Shown here in pieces: positions 31,167-43,498 of a DNA stretch of 64,000 nt (position 1 is the first letter of the stretch; every line of letters starts with the position of its first letter). The position numbers and the translations under genes are program-made. The stretch comes from an uncultured Pseudomonadota bacterium (GTDB lineage: Bacteria; Myxococcota_A; Polyangia; Fen-1088): assembly GCA_963778795.1 (NCBI GenBank), contig CAVZVU010000001.1, positions 44,776 to 108,775 on the forward strand, read 5' to 3'. Under the pieces are notes generated by a model that made no database searches, was not told the DNA's origin, and was given only the letters and a program-made list of their open reading frames with translations.

Positions 31167-32015
31167 CTACTTTTGGCAGCTCGGGCAGAAATACGTCGCG
31201 CGCTGAGCCTGAACGATGCGGGTGATCGGGCCGTGCTTGCAGCGCGGGCAGGGCACGGTCTTGCGGCCGTAGATCAGGAACGGATTCTCGCTGCGCCGCT
31301 CTTCGACATAAGTGATGTCGGCCGAGCCGCCGTCGGCGCCGTCGGCGGCGAACGCCGCGAGCGTGAACGTGATCGAATCGAGCAACCCCTTGCGCAGGTG
31401 GTTCACCTCGACCTGCGACAGCGACTTCGCGGGCCGTCGCGGATCGATCGCCGCGCGGTACAACGCCTCGATCGCCTGGATGTTGCCGACGCCGGGCAGC
31501 AGCGCCTGATCCATGATCGCGACCTTGATGGGCTTGCCGATCTCCGCCAGCGACGCGTGCAGCGCGCGGGCGTCGATGCCGTCGATCAGCGGGTCGGGTC
31601 CGAGCGCGGAGATCTCGTGGATCTCCTCGAAGGCGGCGCCCGGCACCAGCCGCAGGCGCCCGAAGATCCGCGTGTCGACGTAGTAGAGCAGCGACTGATC
31701 GTCGAGCTCGATCGCCACGCGCGCAAAGGGCGGCTCGGGGGCGTCAGCCTTGCGGTGCAGCCACTTCCCCGTGAGGCCGAGGTGCGACCAGAGGCCGACC
31801 GGCCCGCTCCGGGTGTCGAGCGTCATGAGGATGTTCTTGCCGACGCGCCGCAGGTCGCGAAATGTCGCGCCCGCCAGCGCCTCCAGCGCCGCGGGGCCTT
31901 CGGGACGAAAGATGCGCTTCGCTCCCTCGCGGGGCTCCACGCCGAGAATCTTGCGGCTGGTCATCCAACGGCGCAGGTTGCGGCTGGCGACCTCGACTTC
32001 GGGAAGTTCAGGCAT
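31167..32015 (-). CDS. mutM: formamidopyrimidine-DNA glycosylase (Fpg/Nei family)
   Basis: Start at ATG 32015 gives the N-terminal MPELPEVE. The C-terminal zinc finger CPRC...RATYFCPSCQ is present. 282 aa. Confidence 0.88.
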   Translation of the reverse strand: MPELPEVEVASRNLRRWMTSRKILGVEPREGAKRIFRPEGPAALEALAGATFRDLRRVGKNILMTLDTRSGPVGLWSHLGLTGKWLHRKADAPEPPFARVAIELDDQSLLYYVDTRIFGRLRLVPGAAFEEIHEISALGPDPLIDGIDARALHASLAEIGKPIKVAIMDQALLPGVGNIQAIEALYRAAIDPRRPAKSLSQVEVNHLRKGLLDSITFTLAAFAADGADGGSADITYVEERRSENPFLIYGRKTVPCPRCKHGPITRIVQAQRATYFCPSCQK

Positions 32016-32036
32016 GGGATCCGTTAGACTCTGCCC

Positions 32037-32429
32037 ATGGACCAGGCGGCACTCAAGCGCTACCGGCAGAAACTGCACGACCTCAAGGTGGAGATCCTCG
32101 CCGAGGGGGACATCGAGCTCGAGCCCGGCCGCAAAGATCCCGCCGCGGTCGGCAGCGACGAGGACGAGCAGCCGCTGGCCGAGATGTCACAGGCGATCGC
32201 CTCCAGCCGCAACCGCAGCCGCGCCGACGTGCTGGCGCGCGTCGGCGTCGCGCTGTCCCGCATCGAAGAAGATCCTGAATCTTTCGGCCTGTGCACCGAG
32301 TGCGACGAGCCGATCTCCGAGAAACGCCTGCAGCTGATGCCGTACGTCGAGCTTTGCGTCGAGTGCCAGCAGGCGCAGGACGGCCCGCGCAAGAGCGGAA
32401 GCCGCCGGCACCTGCGCGACTTCCGATGA
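32037..32429 (+). CDS. DksA/TraR-family C4 zinc-finger protein
   Basis: 130 aa with CTECDEPISEKRLQLMPYVELCVECQ (CxxC-N17-CxxC) preceded by a coiled-coil-like region. Only 21 bp separate it from the divergent mutM start. Confidence 0.8.
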   Translation: MDQAALKRYRQKLHDLKVEILAEGDIELEPGRKDPAAVGSDEDEQPLAEMSQAIASSRNRSRADVLARVGVALSRIEEDPESFGLCTECDEPISEKRLQLMPYVELCVECQQAQDGPRKSGSRRHLRDFR

Positions 32430-32438
32430 GCGCGCCGC

Positions 32439-33586
32439 CTACCTCAGGTCCGTCGGCTCGGCGAGCGCGTAGTTGATCGCGGGCGCGATCTGTTCGATCG
32501 GCATGCCGCGCCAGAAGACCATCCAGTCGGGGAAGCGCGCCATGCCGTCGGACTGCTTGATGTACCAGGGGTTGATCGGATTCGCCGGTCGCGCGCGCCA
32601 GAAGAACGACGGGTAATCCCGCAGCATGACCGACCAGATCTCGCCGCCGATCCCCTCGCCTTGGGCCTGGCGCTCGACCGCGAACTTGGTCAGGTAGACG
32701 CCGACGGGGGTCTGGCGGATGACGGCGGCGCCGAGGTAGCTCTCCTCGACGTAGGTGCGCTCGACCGGCGTGTCGAAGAAGTCGGCGCGCAGCGCCTTGC
32801 CGAACGCCGAGTGAAACAGCGCGCGCAGGCGCGCCTGCTCGACGCCGTTCCAGCCGACGCGCGTCGCGATCTGCGAGCCCCGGCGGATCAGCGTGCCGGC
32901 GCCGCTGACCGTGAACAGCTCGCGCAGCAGCTGCAGCGGGTTGACCACGGCGACGCTCATGCGGTGCGGAACCTGCTCCAGCAGCTGCTTGACCTGGCGG
33001 ACCAGCGTCGTCTGCCGTTTCGAGAGCGTGCCGCCGTTCACCAGCGCGTCGTAGTCGGTGCCGAGGTTCACGACCGACAGCGGAGGGCTGGTGCGCGGAC
33101 CGAGACCGGCGCCGCGGCTGAGAAAGATCAGCTTGCGCGTATCCAGGCTGGAGGCGAGGGTGCCCAGCATGCGGACGCGCCCGTCGGCGGTGACGTCCTT
33201 GGCCGCCTCGAGCGACAGCAGCGGGATCGCGCCCTCGGCGATCGTGGCGCGCACCGCCGCGATCGCCTCGTCGGTCATGGTGCTCCCCGAGCTGAGGATC
33301 CGCGCGGGGACGGCGTCCTCGACCAGCCACTCCTGCACGCGCAGCGCCTGGCGGTCGGCCTCGCGCGCGCCGTCGAGCCCGAGCAGCACGATCGGGATCA
33401 GGCCGAGGCCGGTGAGGATCCGCAGGTCGAAGTGGAAGGGGTCGAGCGCGCTCCTCACGATCTGGGCGTCGGCCGAGATGATCGCGAAGCTCTCCTTCTT
33501 CTGAGCCTGGAAGAGCTTGAGGTAGAGATCGACGTCGGCCTTTTGGCCGACGCTCTCGAGAAAGCGCTGGATGATCTCCGGTTCCA

Positions 33587-33590
<4 letters not shown>
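32439..33590 (-). CDS. eukaryote/vertebrate-like N-acetylglutamate synthase (AAK-like domain + DUF619-type NAT domain)
   Basis: Start at MMEPEIIQRFLESVG (ATG 33590, ATGA overlap with the argE stop). Motifs seen: LYLKLF..., LLRELFTVSGAGTLIRRG, then the GNAT-like GEGIGGEIWSVMLRDYPSFFWRARPANPINPWY. Adjacency to argE supports the call. Confidence 0.6.
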
Positions 33591-34699
<1,109 letters not shown>

Positions 34700-35015
34700 C
34701 GTCGCCGGCCGGGCGTGGCGCAACTCTTTTTTCGCCGCAGCGCGCGCCGCCGCCCGCCACCGGGTTCGACGCTGCGTGTGAACGACAATGGGCGAGTCGC
34801 GGTTCTGCGGGGGTGGGCGGCGCAAACGCCCCACGCGCGCCGGCGAGCGACGCGCTGCTCACGCGCGCGCCGCGGATCTGCGCGCTTTTGGGCGCCAAGC
34901 GCCGCCGTCACGAGCTGGCATCGCGGGTGCAATCACTCCTTGCGTCCCCGAAACGGACGACCCGAACAAGAACCAAGACCAAACCCACCCGCAAACCCAC
35001 CCGAAGGAGCTCCCC

Positions 35016-35309
35016 ATGATTCGCAACCTGATGCTCGGAATCTCTCTCGTGACCCTGTCGTCGGTGTCGGCTTTCGCCGCCGCTCCGGTCGCCCACCACG
35101 CCAAGGCGAAGGTGGTCGCGCAGGCCCCCGCCGCCGACGCGCCGGCCCCCGCGACCGACAAGCCGGTCAAGAAGAGCACTGCGAAGAAGGCCCCCAAGAA
35201 GGCCAAGATCGAGGCGAAGTCGGACGCGAAGAGCGAGATCAAAGGCGGTTCGACCATGGGCAGCGGCGAAACCGCGCCGGCGGTCGACGCCCCCAAATCG
35301 GCGAAGTAA
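35016..35309 (+). CDS. small secreted Ala/Lys-rich protein (hypothetical)
   Basis: ATG 35016 follows GAAGGAG. Signal peptide is MIRNLMLGISLVTLSSVSAFA. The mature part is low-complexity, rich in K, A and P. 97 aa. Confidence 0.5.
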   Translation: MIRNLMLGISLVTLSSVSAFAAAPVAHHAKAKVVAQAPAADAPAPATDKPVKKSTAKKAPKKAKIEAKSDAKSEIKGGSTMGSGETAPAVDAPKSAK

Positions 35310-35366
35310 CGGAGACCATGACCCGACCGGAGGCCAGAGAGGCGGTGACGCCTTGACGGTCTCCGG

Positions 35367-36407
35367 CTAGGTCGTGGCGGTCGCGCCGCGCGCGCGCCCC
35401 GGGCCGCCGCGCGCGCGCCAGAGCTTCCAGAGCTTGAGCGCGACCACCAGCAGCGCCAGTCCCCACGCCACCCAGATCACGGCGTGCCAGTAGAGAAAGA
35501 CGATCCGCCGCGTCGACCAGGGGGCCAGCAGCACCGGCAACCCGCCGCGGTGATCGAGCGAAAGGATATCCATCAGGATCGCCACCGTGCCGTGAACCAG
35601 GAACCCGGCGTAGATGCTGCGGGTCTTCATGGACAGCGACCCCAGCACCACGCCCGCGACGATCGCCGCGCACGCCTCCAGGTACGGCTTGCCGTAGTGG
35701 ATCATGCAGTAGGGGACGACCATCGACCAGATCGCGCCGACCCCGAACACGCGCGTCGCGCGGATCCACCAGCCGCGGAAGAAGATCTCCAGGCCCAGGA
35801 ACTGCGCGATGTAGATCCCTTCCCACAGCAGGAAGTCGAACCAGGATCGTCCCGCGAGCTTGTACATCGGGTAGTACGCGCCGAAGTCGGGCTGGCGTTT
35901 GATGATCAGCATCAGCGGAATCATCACCGCGACGCACAGCGCGTAGATCCAGGCGTGCTCGCGGAACCCGCGCGGGCGCAGGCCGAAGTCGAGCAGCGAG
36001 TCACGGCGAAAGAGCAGCCGCCAGACCGCGAGCGGCAGCAGGTAGCCGGCGACGCGCGTCGCCGCCCACCAGATGCGCAGGTAGGTCTCGTCGTAGGCCT
36101 GGACGTTGATGAAGCCGCCCGGGTGGCTCTTGGTCCGCTCGGTCAGCCAGGGTTGCAGGGTGTCGTGGTAAAAGTTCCAGGTGCCGTAGTATTCGTGCAG
36201 CGTGAGGATCAGCGCCGCCAGCGTCAGCGCCACCAGCGGCCGGTAGTCCATCTCGCCGCGCTCGCGCAGCGCCCGGCGGTAGATGAACGCCTCCTCGTCG
36301 AGCTCGTGCCAGGTCTTGCGAAAGAACAGCCAGATGAGCGGCGCGATCGCGAGCAGCAGCGGGAAGGGGACGATCCACTTTGTCTGCGGCAGCGCCAGCC
36401 AGCTCAT
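35367..36407 (-). CDS. CPBP-family (CAAX-type) intramembrane glutamic protease
   Basis: 346 aa, polytopic. LWEGIYIAQFLGLEIFFRGWW (EExxxR-like motif) and ...AGFLVHGTVAILMD (His motif) are present. Confidence 0.7.
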   Translation of the reverse strand: MSWLALPQTKWIVPFPLLLAIAPLIWLFFRKTWHELDEEAFIYRRALRERGEMDYRPLVALTLAALILTLHEYYGTWNFYHDTLQPWLTERTKSHPGGFINVQAYDETYLRIWWAATRVAGYLLPLAVWRLLFRRDSLLDFGLRPRGFREHAWIYALCVAVMIPLMLIIKRQPDFGAYYPMYKLAGRSWFDFLLWEGIYIAQFLGLEIFFRGWWIRATRVFGVGAIWSMVVPYCMIHYGKPYLEACAAIVAGVVLGSLSMKTRSIYAGFLVHGTVAILMDILSLDHRGGLPVLLAPWSTRRIVFLYWHAVIWVAWGLALLVVALKLWKLWRARGGPGRARGATATT

Positions 36408-36581
36408 GAATTGACGACGTGGTCTTTGGGTCGATGGGGCCGCCGCTTGCCGCTTCTCGCTTTCCGTTGTTCGCTGCCCGTTCTTGGGGCACCGTCGCGG
36501 CGGGGCCTCAATGCCATATCAGACATTCGACGATCGAGCTATCTTGCGGGCGTGCCCCACGACGGGTCGACGCCAGGGTCG

Positions 36582-38026
36582 ATGTCAGAGTCCTCCAAGT
36601 TTGGTCGGTTCATCCAGACCTACTCGGCCTTTCTGTCCAGCTTCGTCATCGGCGTCGCCGGACTGATCGCCACGTCGATCTGGCAGTACCGCCAGTCGCA
36701 GATCGCGGTCGAGCAGGCCCGGTCGGAACAGGCGGCGGCGCGCGCCAAGGCCGACAGCGACTGGCGCATCGCCCGCGCCGAGATCCTGGGCAAGAACCTG
36801 AACGTGCTGTCGGCGCAGGGGGCCGGGACCGCCGACCAGCGCTTCGGCGTGCTGCTGTCGCTGACCCGCGGCAACATCATCGACCCCGAGCTGGCGGTGT
36901 CGTACGCGCTGGAGCTGGGACGCGACAACGCCGAACTACATGCGCAGCGTTCTGGCCAGCACCGCCGACAAGAACTACGGCCAGCTGGCGCAGGCGTTCA
37001 AGCTGACCTGCCTGCAGCGCTTCGGCGTCGCGCGCGCCGCCGAGATCTGCAAGGACGACAAGCTCGCCGATCGCTCGGATGCCATCGCCCAGCTGTTCGA
37101 GGACGAGCTCGACGCCGCCGTCGGCGTGGGCGACGTCGCGCACGGGCCGCTGTCGCTGCTGCGCGAGGAGCGCTGGGTCCAGGGGGCGCCCGGCAAGATG
37201 TCCTGGCTGTTCGAGCCCTACCTCCAGGATTTGTACGAGCGGCGCCAGTGGAAGGAGATCGAGCGTTTCGAGTCGGCGTCGGTGGGCGCGCGACTGGTGG
37301 CGGCGCTGGTGCTGGCGACCGCGCGCACCGGCGAGCTGGTGAGCGCCAGCGAGGCGGCGCAGGTCGAGGCCTTTCACACCCAGCGCCGCAAGTGGCTGGT
37401 CTCGTACCTGGTGGGCGGGACCTGCGACGCCGATTGCCGCGGGCGGCTGGTGGACGTGATGCTGAGCTCGTACGGCGAGGCGCAGGGCGACTACGACGAC
37501 GCCCTCAAGCGGCTGATCCTGCAGCCGCGCGGCGAGGCGGGGCCGACGCTGGCGCATCTGCACGCGCGGCTGCTCTGGTGTCAGGTCGACGCCGATGATC
37601 TGGCGGAGTTCCGCGATCGGGTGCTGGTGCCGGCGGTCATGCAGGCGCTGGCGCAGCCGGATGCCGTCAAGCCGCCAGAAAAGACCGGCGACAAGGCGGC
37701 GGCCAAGGCAGCCGAAAAGGCGGCTGACAAGGCGGCCGACAAGACGGCGATCCTCGATGATCTGGTCGCGTTGACGGCGCTGGTGCCCGATCCGACGGAG
37801 CCGAAGGCGCTGGCGGCCTGGAGGTCGTTGATGGCCGCGCTGGCTACGCCGCGCGCCGGGCAGCGCCGGCAAGGTGGGCTCGGGCGCCGATCGTTACCAG
37901 CGCGCGTTCGTCGGGCGACGCGCCTCGGCGGCGCGCGAGCGGCAGAATCCGCCGCCCATGATCAAGAAGGTCAGCTTCTGCAACGCCGCCGAGGCGTCGG
38001 CGAGCGCCCCCACCCTGGATCAGTAA
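36582..38026 (+). pseudogene. membrane-anchored hypothetical protein (two frame disruptions as sequenced)
   Basis: MSESSKFGRFIQTYSAFLSSFVIGVAGLIATSIWQY (TM) is in the first frame. The frame shifts +1 near 36935 (ORF 36940.. frame) and +1 again near 37855. GC3 clearly favours the frame ending ...MIKKVSFCNAAEASASAPTLDQ-TAA at 38024-38026. Confidence 0.5.
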
Positions 38027-38094
38027 AACGTCCAGTGAAACGTCCAGTGAAACGTCCAGTAAAACGTCCAGTGAAACGTCCAGTGAACGTCCCG
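38021..38094 (+). repeat. 12-bp tandem array CAGT[A/G]AAACGTC x5 plus a degenerate 6th unit, starting on the upstream stop codon
   Basis: Read directly at 38021-38080 (5 units), with the degenerate cagtgaacgtcccg following. In the upstream gene's frame every unit supplies an in-frame TAA or TGA. The array ends 25 bp before the MFS ATG at 38119. Confidence 0.9.
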
Positions 38095-38118
38095 TGAGCC
38101 TCGAGTGAGCCAGCGCCC

Positions 38119-39491
38119 ATGAGCGACCAACCCGACAATCCCGCCGCGACGCCGTCCGGCGAGCCGGCGCCGGGCCGGACCCTGCTCGACATGAATGGCT
38201 ACCAGTGGACGGTGCTGTTCGCCGCCTGGCTCGGCTGGGGCTTCGACGTCTTCGACGGGCTGCTGTTCAACTACGTCGCGCCCAACTGCGTGCCGACGCT
38301 GCTGCACCTGCCGCTCGGGTCGCCCGAGGCGGCCAAGGCGACCCTGCACTGGAACGGGATCCTGTCGTCGATCCTGCTGCTCGGCTGGGCGGCCGGCGGC
38401 ATCCTGTTCGGACAGATCGCCGATCGGGTGGGGCGCACGCGGACGCTGATGTTGACGATGCTGCTGTACGCGGTCGGCACGTCGCTGTGCGCGGTCGCCC
38501 CCAACCTGGGGTCGCTGATCGCGTTCCGCGTGCTCGCCAGCCTGGGCATCGGCGGCGAATGGGCGGCGGGCGCCGCCATGGTCGCCGAGGTCGTCCCCGA
38601 CAAGCGCCGCGTCGAGGCCGGCGCGCTGCTGTACACCTCGGCGCCGGCCGGCCTGTTCCTGGCGACGTTCGCGAACTACCAGATCGCCGGGCGCCTGCTT
38701 CAAGGACAGCCCCGAGACCTCCTGGCGCTACGTCTTTCTGTGCGGATTGATCCCGGCGGTGGTCGCGTTCGCCGTGCGCTTCTTCGTGCACGAGCCCGAA
38801 CGCTGGAAGCAGGCGGCGCGCGACAGCGCCACCGCCACAGCTGCGCGAGCTGTTCCTTCCCGGCACGCGCAAACTGACCCGCAGCGGGGTCTCGATGGCG
38901 CTGATCGCGCTCATCACCTGGTGGAGCTGCAACGTCTTCATCCCGATCGTGTCGACCGGCCTCGCGCGCGCGTCGGCGCACGCGGGCGGGTTCGATCGCG
39001 CCGCCACGCTGGCGCTGGTCGAGAGCTGGAAGTCGACGGCGACCAACATGTTCAACTGGGGCGGCCTGATCGGGACGCTGCTGACCATCCCCGCGGCCAA
39101 GCTGCTCGGGCGTCGCACGATGTTCGGCATCTACTACCTCGGCTCGGGCCTGGCGGTGCTGGCCACGTTCGGCCTCGACCTGGCACCCGAGGTGCGGCTG
39201 CGGATGTACTTCCTGATCGGCCTCACTGTGTTCGGCGTCTTCGGCAGCTTCACCTACTACCTGCCCGAGCTGTTCCCGACCCGCCTGCGCGGCACCGGCG
39301 CCGGCTTCTGCTACAACGTCGGCCGCGTCATCGCCGCGGGCGGTCCGTTCCTGGTCGGCACCATCGCCGCGCAGGGCGCGAACTCACTGACCAGCGCGCT
39401 GCGCGCGCTGTTCTACGTCGGGTTCGTCCCGCTGCTGGGGTTGCTGCTGTTGCCCTGGGTGATCGAGACCAAGGGCAAACAGATCGCCTGA
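38119..39491 (+). pseudogene. MFS transporter (two frame disruptions near 38695 and 38835 as sequenced)
   Basis: Three collinear ORF pieces: 38119.., 38747.., 38895... Motifs seen: GWGFDVFDGLLFNYV, GQIADRVGRTRTLM (the MFS D-R-x-G-R motif) and ...ELFPTRLRGTGAGFCYNVGRVIAAGGP. Confidence 0.75.
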
Positions 39492-39594
39492 TCCCGCCTG
39501 ATCCGCGCAACAGATCAGGACCGCTGCGAGTTGCCGCGCGCGTCCTCGGTTCCACCTTTCAGGCTCGCTGGCAATTCAACAGCGAGGAGGCCCG

Positions 39595-41133
39595 ATGAAG
39601 AGCGGCAACGGCAACGGCAACGGCAAGAGTCACAAGAAGCCGAACGTCCTCGTGATCTTTGGCGACGATATCGGCCAGACCAACATCAGCGCCTACTCGC
39701 ACGGCGTGATGGGCTACCAGACGCCGAACATCGATCGCATCGCCAAGGAGGGGATGCTGTTCACCGACTACTACGCCGAGCAGAGCTGCACCGCGGGGCG
39801 TTCGTCGTTCATCACCGGCCAGAGCGTCTTTCGCACCGGGCTGAGCAAGGTCGGCATGCCGGGGGCTACCGTCGGTCTGCGCGCCGAGGATCCCACGATC
39901 GCGGAGCTGCTCAAGCCGCAGGGCTACGCGACGGCGCAGTTCGGCAAGAACCACCTCGGCGATCGCGACGAGCACCTACCGACCCAGCACGGCTTCGACG
40001 AGTTCTTCGGCAACCTTTACCACCTGAACGCCGAGGAGGAGCCCGAGCTGCCCGACTATCCGTCGGCGAAGGATTTCCCCGACTTCAAGAAGAAGTATGG
40101 GCCGCGCGGCGTGCTGCACTGCTGGGCGCATCCCGACGGCAGCCAGAAGATCGAGAACACCGGGCCGCTGACCCGCAAGCGCATGGAGACCTGCGACGAC
40201 GAGTTCCTCGCCGCCGCCACCAGCTGGATCAAGAAGCAAACCAAGGCCGGCACTCCCTGGTTCACCTGGTTCAACGCCACGCACATGCACTTTCGCACCC
40301 ACACCAAGCCGGAGAGCCGCGGCCAGGCCGGGCGCTGGCAGTCGCCCTACCACGACACCATGATCGACCACGACAAGACGGTCGGTTCGCTGCTGGACCT
40401 GCTGGACGAGCTCGGCGTGGCCGACGACACGATCGTGGTCTACACCACCGACAACGGGCCGCACGCCAACAGCTGGCCGGATGGCGCCACGACCCCCTTC
40501 CGCAGCGAGAAGAACACCAACTGGGAGGGCGCCTTCCGCGTGCCGGCGATGATCCGCTGGCCGGGAAAGATCCAGACCGGCAGCGTCTGCACCCAGATCG
40601 TCAGCGCCCTCGACTGGCTGCCGACGATCCTCGCGGCGGCGGGCAATCCCCACGTCAAAGAAGAGCTACTCGGCGGTTACACCGCGGGGCGAAAGACCTT
40701 CAAGGTCCACCTCGACGGCTACAACCTGCTGCCGTTGCTGACGGCCAAGGATCCGAAGGAGGCCAAGAGCCCGCGGCAGGAGTTCTTCTACTTCTCCGAC
40801 AGCGGTGACCTGGTCGCCATCCGCTTCGACAACTGGAAGATGGTCTTCCTGGAGCAGCGTTGCCGCGGGACGCTTCAGGTGTGGGGCGAGCCGTTCACGA
40901 CCCTGCGCGTGCCGAAGATCTTCAACCTGCGCACCGACCCCTACGAGCACGCCGACGTGACGTCGAATACCTACTGGGACTGGTTCATCGACCACGCGTT
41001 CCTCGCGGTGCCAGCGCAGGCGCTGGTCGCGAAGTTCCTCGCGACCTTCCGCGAGTTCCCACCGCGACAGAAGGCCGCCAGCTTCACCGTCGATCAGGTG
41101 ATGGCGAAGCTGACGGAGGGCCTCAGTCACTAA
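39595..41133 (+). CDS. arylsulfatase (Cys-type formylglycine sulfatase family)
   Basis: 512 aa with NVLVIFGDDIG, the sulfatase signature SCTAGRSSFITG (C-x-A-x-R), GKNHLGD and TTDNGP. No obvious signal peptide. An N-terminal (GN)4 is encoded by (GGCAAC)3-4 at 39604-39627. Confidence 0.85.
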   Translation: MKSGNGNGNGKSHKKPNVLVIFGDDIGQTNISAYSHGVMGYQTPNIDRIAKEGMLFTDYYAEQSCTAGRSSFITGQSVFRTGLSKVGMPGATVGLRAEDPTIAELLKPQGYATAQFGKNHLGDRDEHLPTQHGFDEFFGNLYHLNAEEEPELPDYPSAKDFPDFKKKYGPRGVLHCWAHPDGSQKIENTGPLTRKRMETCDDEFLAAATSWIKKQTKAGTPWFTWFNATHMHFRTHTKPESRGQAGRWQSPYHDTMIDHDKTVGSLLDLLDELGVADDTIVVYTTDNGPHANSWPDGATTPFRSEKNTNWEGAFRVPAMIRWPGKIQTGSVCTQIVSALDWLPTILAAAGNPHVKEELLGGYTAGRKTFKVHLDGYNLLPLLTAKDPKEAKSPRQEFFYFSDSGDLVAIRFDNWKMVFLEQRCRGTLQVWGEPFTTLRVPKIFNLRTDPYEHADVTSNTYWDWFIDHAFLAVPAQALVAKFLATFREFPPRQKAASFTVDQVMAKLTEGLSH

Positions 41134-41147
41134 AAGACGGAGCTGAG

Positions 41148-41179
41148 GCGGGGGCGCATCGGGATCGGTGCGCCCCCGC
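41148..41179. terminator. GC-rich hairpin between the convergent sulfatase and gap genes
   Basis: GCGGGGGCGCA-N10-TGCGCCCCCGC forms a perfect 11-bp stem. On the gap-strand RNA it is followed by ...UCUUUU. Confidence 0.5.
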
Positions 41180-41184
41180 GCGCC

Positions 41185-42240
<1,056 letters not shown>

Positions 42241-42414
42241 GGCGTTCTCCAGTAAGAAAGCGGCCCGTCGGCCTCGATGTCATGTCCTGTGTCGACAGCG
42301 GAAATCTATACGACGGGGCCGTGGGGACAAGCGCAATCTTCCCGGATCCCCGTCGCTCGCCGCGGCTGTCTCCGGCGTGTTTCCACTTTGTCCAGCCGGA
42401 CGGCGGCGCGCGGC

Positions 42415-43434
42415 TCAGCGGATTGCGGCGATGCGCGTCGATTCGCGGCAGATCAGCTGGCCGGCATCGGTCAGCACGTCGACGCGCCACTCGCCGGGCG
42501 ATGGCGCGCTGAGGTATGACCAGGTTCGGAATCCTTCCTTGCGCCCGCCGACCACGCTCGACGGGATCCAGCGCCCGGCGGCCTGGCCGTCGTGGAACCA
42601 CTGGAAATTGATCCCCTGGCGGTAGACCGCCGGCAGTGTCACCGCGAACCAGGCGTAAAGCCGCGGCGTCCCGGCGGGGAACTGTTCCGCCTCGCCGTCG
42701 AGCGCGCGATCGCGCACGCCGGTGCCGAACGCCGCGCGGTGGCAAACGATCGGCACCGGCGGCAGCGCCGGCGCGACCCAGGCCAGCAGGATCGCACCCG
42801 CCAGCGCGGCGGCGCCGATGCGCAGCTGCGATCGCCGGCGGAACAGCCGCTCGCGCGGCAGCAGCGCCGCACCGGTCACCACGAAGGCGATCGCCGCCGA
42901 GATCACCACCGCGGGGCGCGGCGACAGCGACGCGACGACGGCGGCGGCCGGCACCAGCGCCGCGAACAGGATCACGAAGCCCCACGCGGTGCGCGCCGCC
43001 GGACGCTCGAGGATCTGCGTGCGATAGGCGTGATCGAAGCAGGAGAAGAACGCCATCGCCGCCAGCAGCAACGGGAAAGCAATGTTGATCGACGAGATCG
43101 TCGCCGACCCGAACCAGACCGGCACCAGGAAGAACAGCACGTTTCGAAACAGCGCGACGACCAGCGTGGTGCTGGCCAGCTGCGCCAGCCGCCGCGCCAG
43201 CGAGGGGCGCGCGTTCGACGACTTGCTGCGCGCCGTCCAGCCCGACAGCGCGAACGGCAGCATCCAGGCCAGCGCCACCAGCGCCACCGCCTTGGGGGCG
43301 AAGTCGACGCCGTGGTGACTGAGCACGCGCGTGAGGCAGCCGATGGCCAGCGCGATGAAGGGGGCGAAGCGCCGCTGGAAGCGCTTGAGGCGCGGGAACC
43401 GCGTCGCGCTGCGGGAGGAGCGGTCACGAGGCAC
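42415..43434 (-). CDS. polytopic membrane protein with C-terminal DUF2914-like soluble domain (hypothetical)
   Basis: 339 aa with about 7 hydrophobic segments. The C-terminal ...INFQWFHDGQAAGRWIPSSVVGGRKEGFRTWSYL...GEWRVDVLTDAGQLI resembles DUF2914 as I recall it. Confidence 0.4.
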   Translation of the reverse strand: MPRDRSSRSATRFPRLKRFQRRFAPFIALAIGCLTRVLSHHGVDFAPKAVALVALAWMLPFALSGWTARSKSSNARPSLARRLAQLASTTLVVALFRNVLFFLVPVWFGSATISSINIAFPLLLAAMAFFSCFDHAYRTQILERPAARTAWGFVILFAALVPAAAVVASLSPRPAVVISAAIAFVVTGAALLPRERLFRRRSQLRIGAAALAGAILLAWVAPALPPVPIVCHRAAFGTGVRDRALDGEAEQFPAGTPRLYAWFAVTLPAVYRQGINFQWFHDGQAAGRWIPSSVVGGRKEGFRTWSYLSAPSPGEWRVDVLTDAGQLICRESTRIAAIR

Positions 43435-43498
43435 GGACGGACTCCTTCTTCGTTTGATTTTTCAACGCTCGCTTCATCTCAGGTCATCCCATTCGAGT

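Noticed and set aside
38021-38094. Possible CRISPR array, considering the short repeat arrays here and at 47541, 12517 and 48748.
   Set aside because: The units are directly abutting tandem repeats of 8-13 bp with no unique spacers. No cas genes are present in the window.
36940-38097. C-terminal SVKRPVKRPVKRPVKRPVKRPV peptide repeat in the ORF-track product.
   Set aside because: It arises from reading the 12-bp DNA tandem array in a frame that GC3 analysis disfavours after about 37855. The favoured frame stops at TAA 38024-38026, at the first repeat unit.
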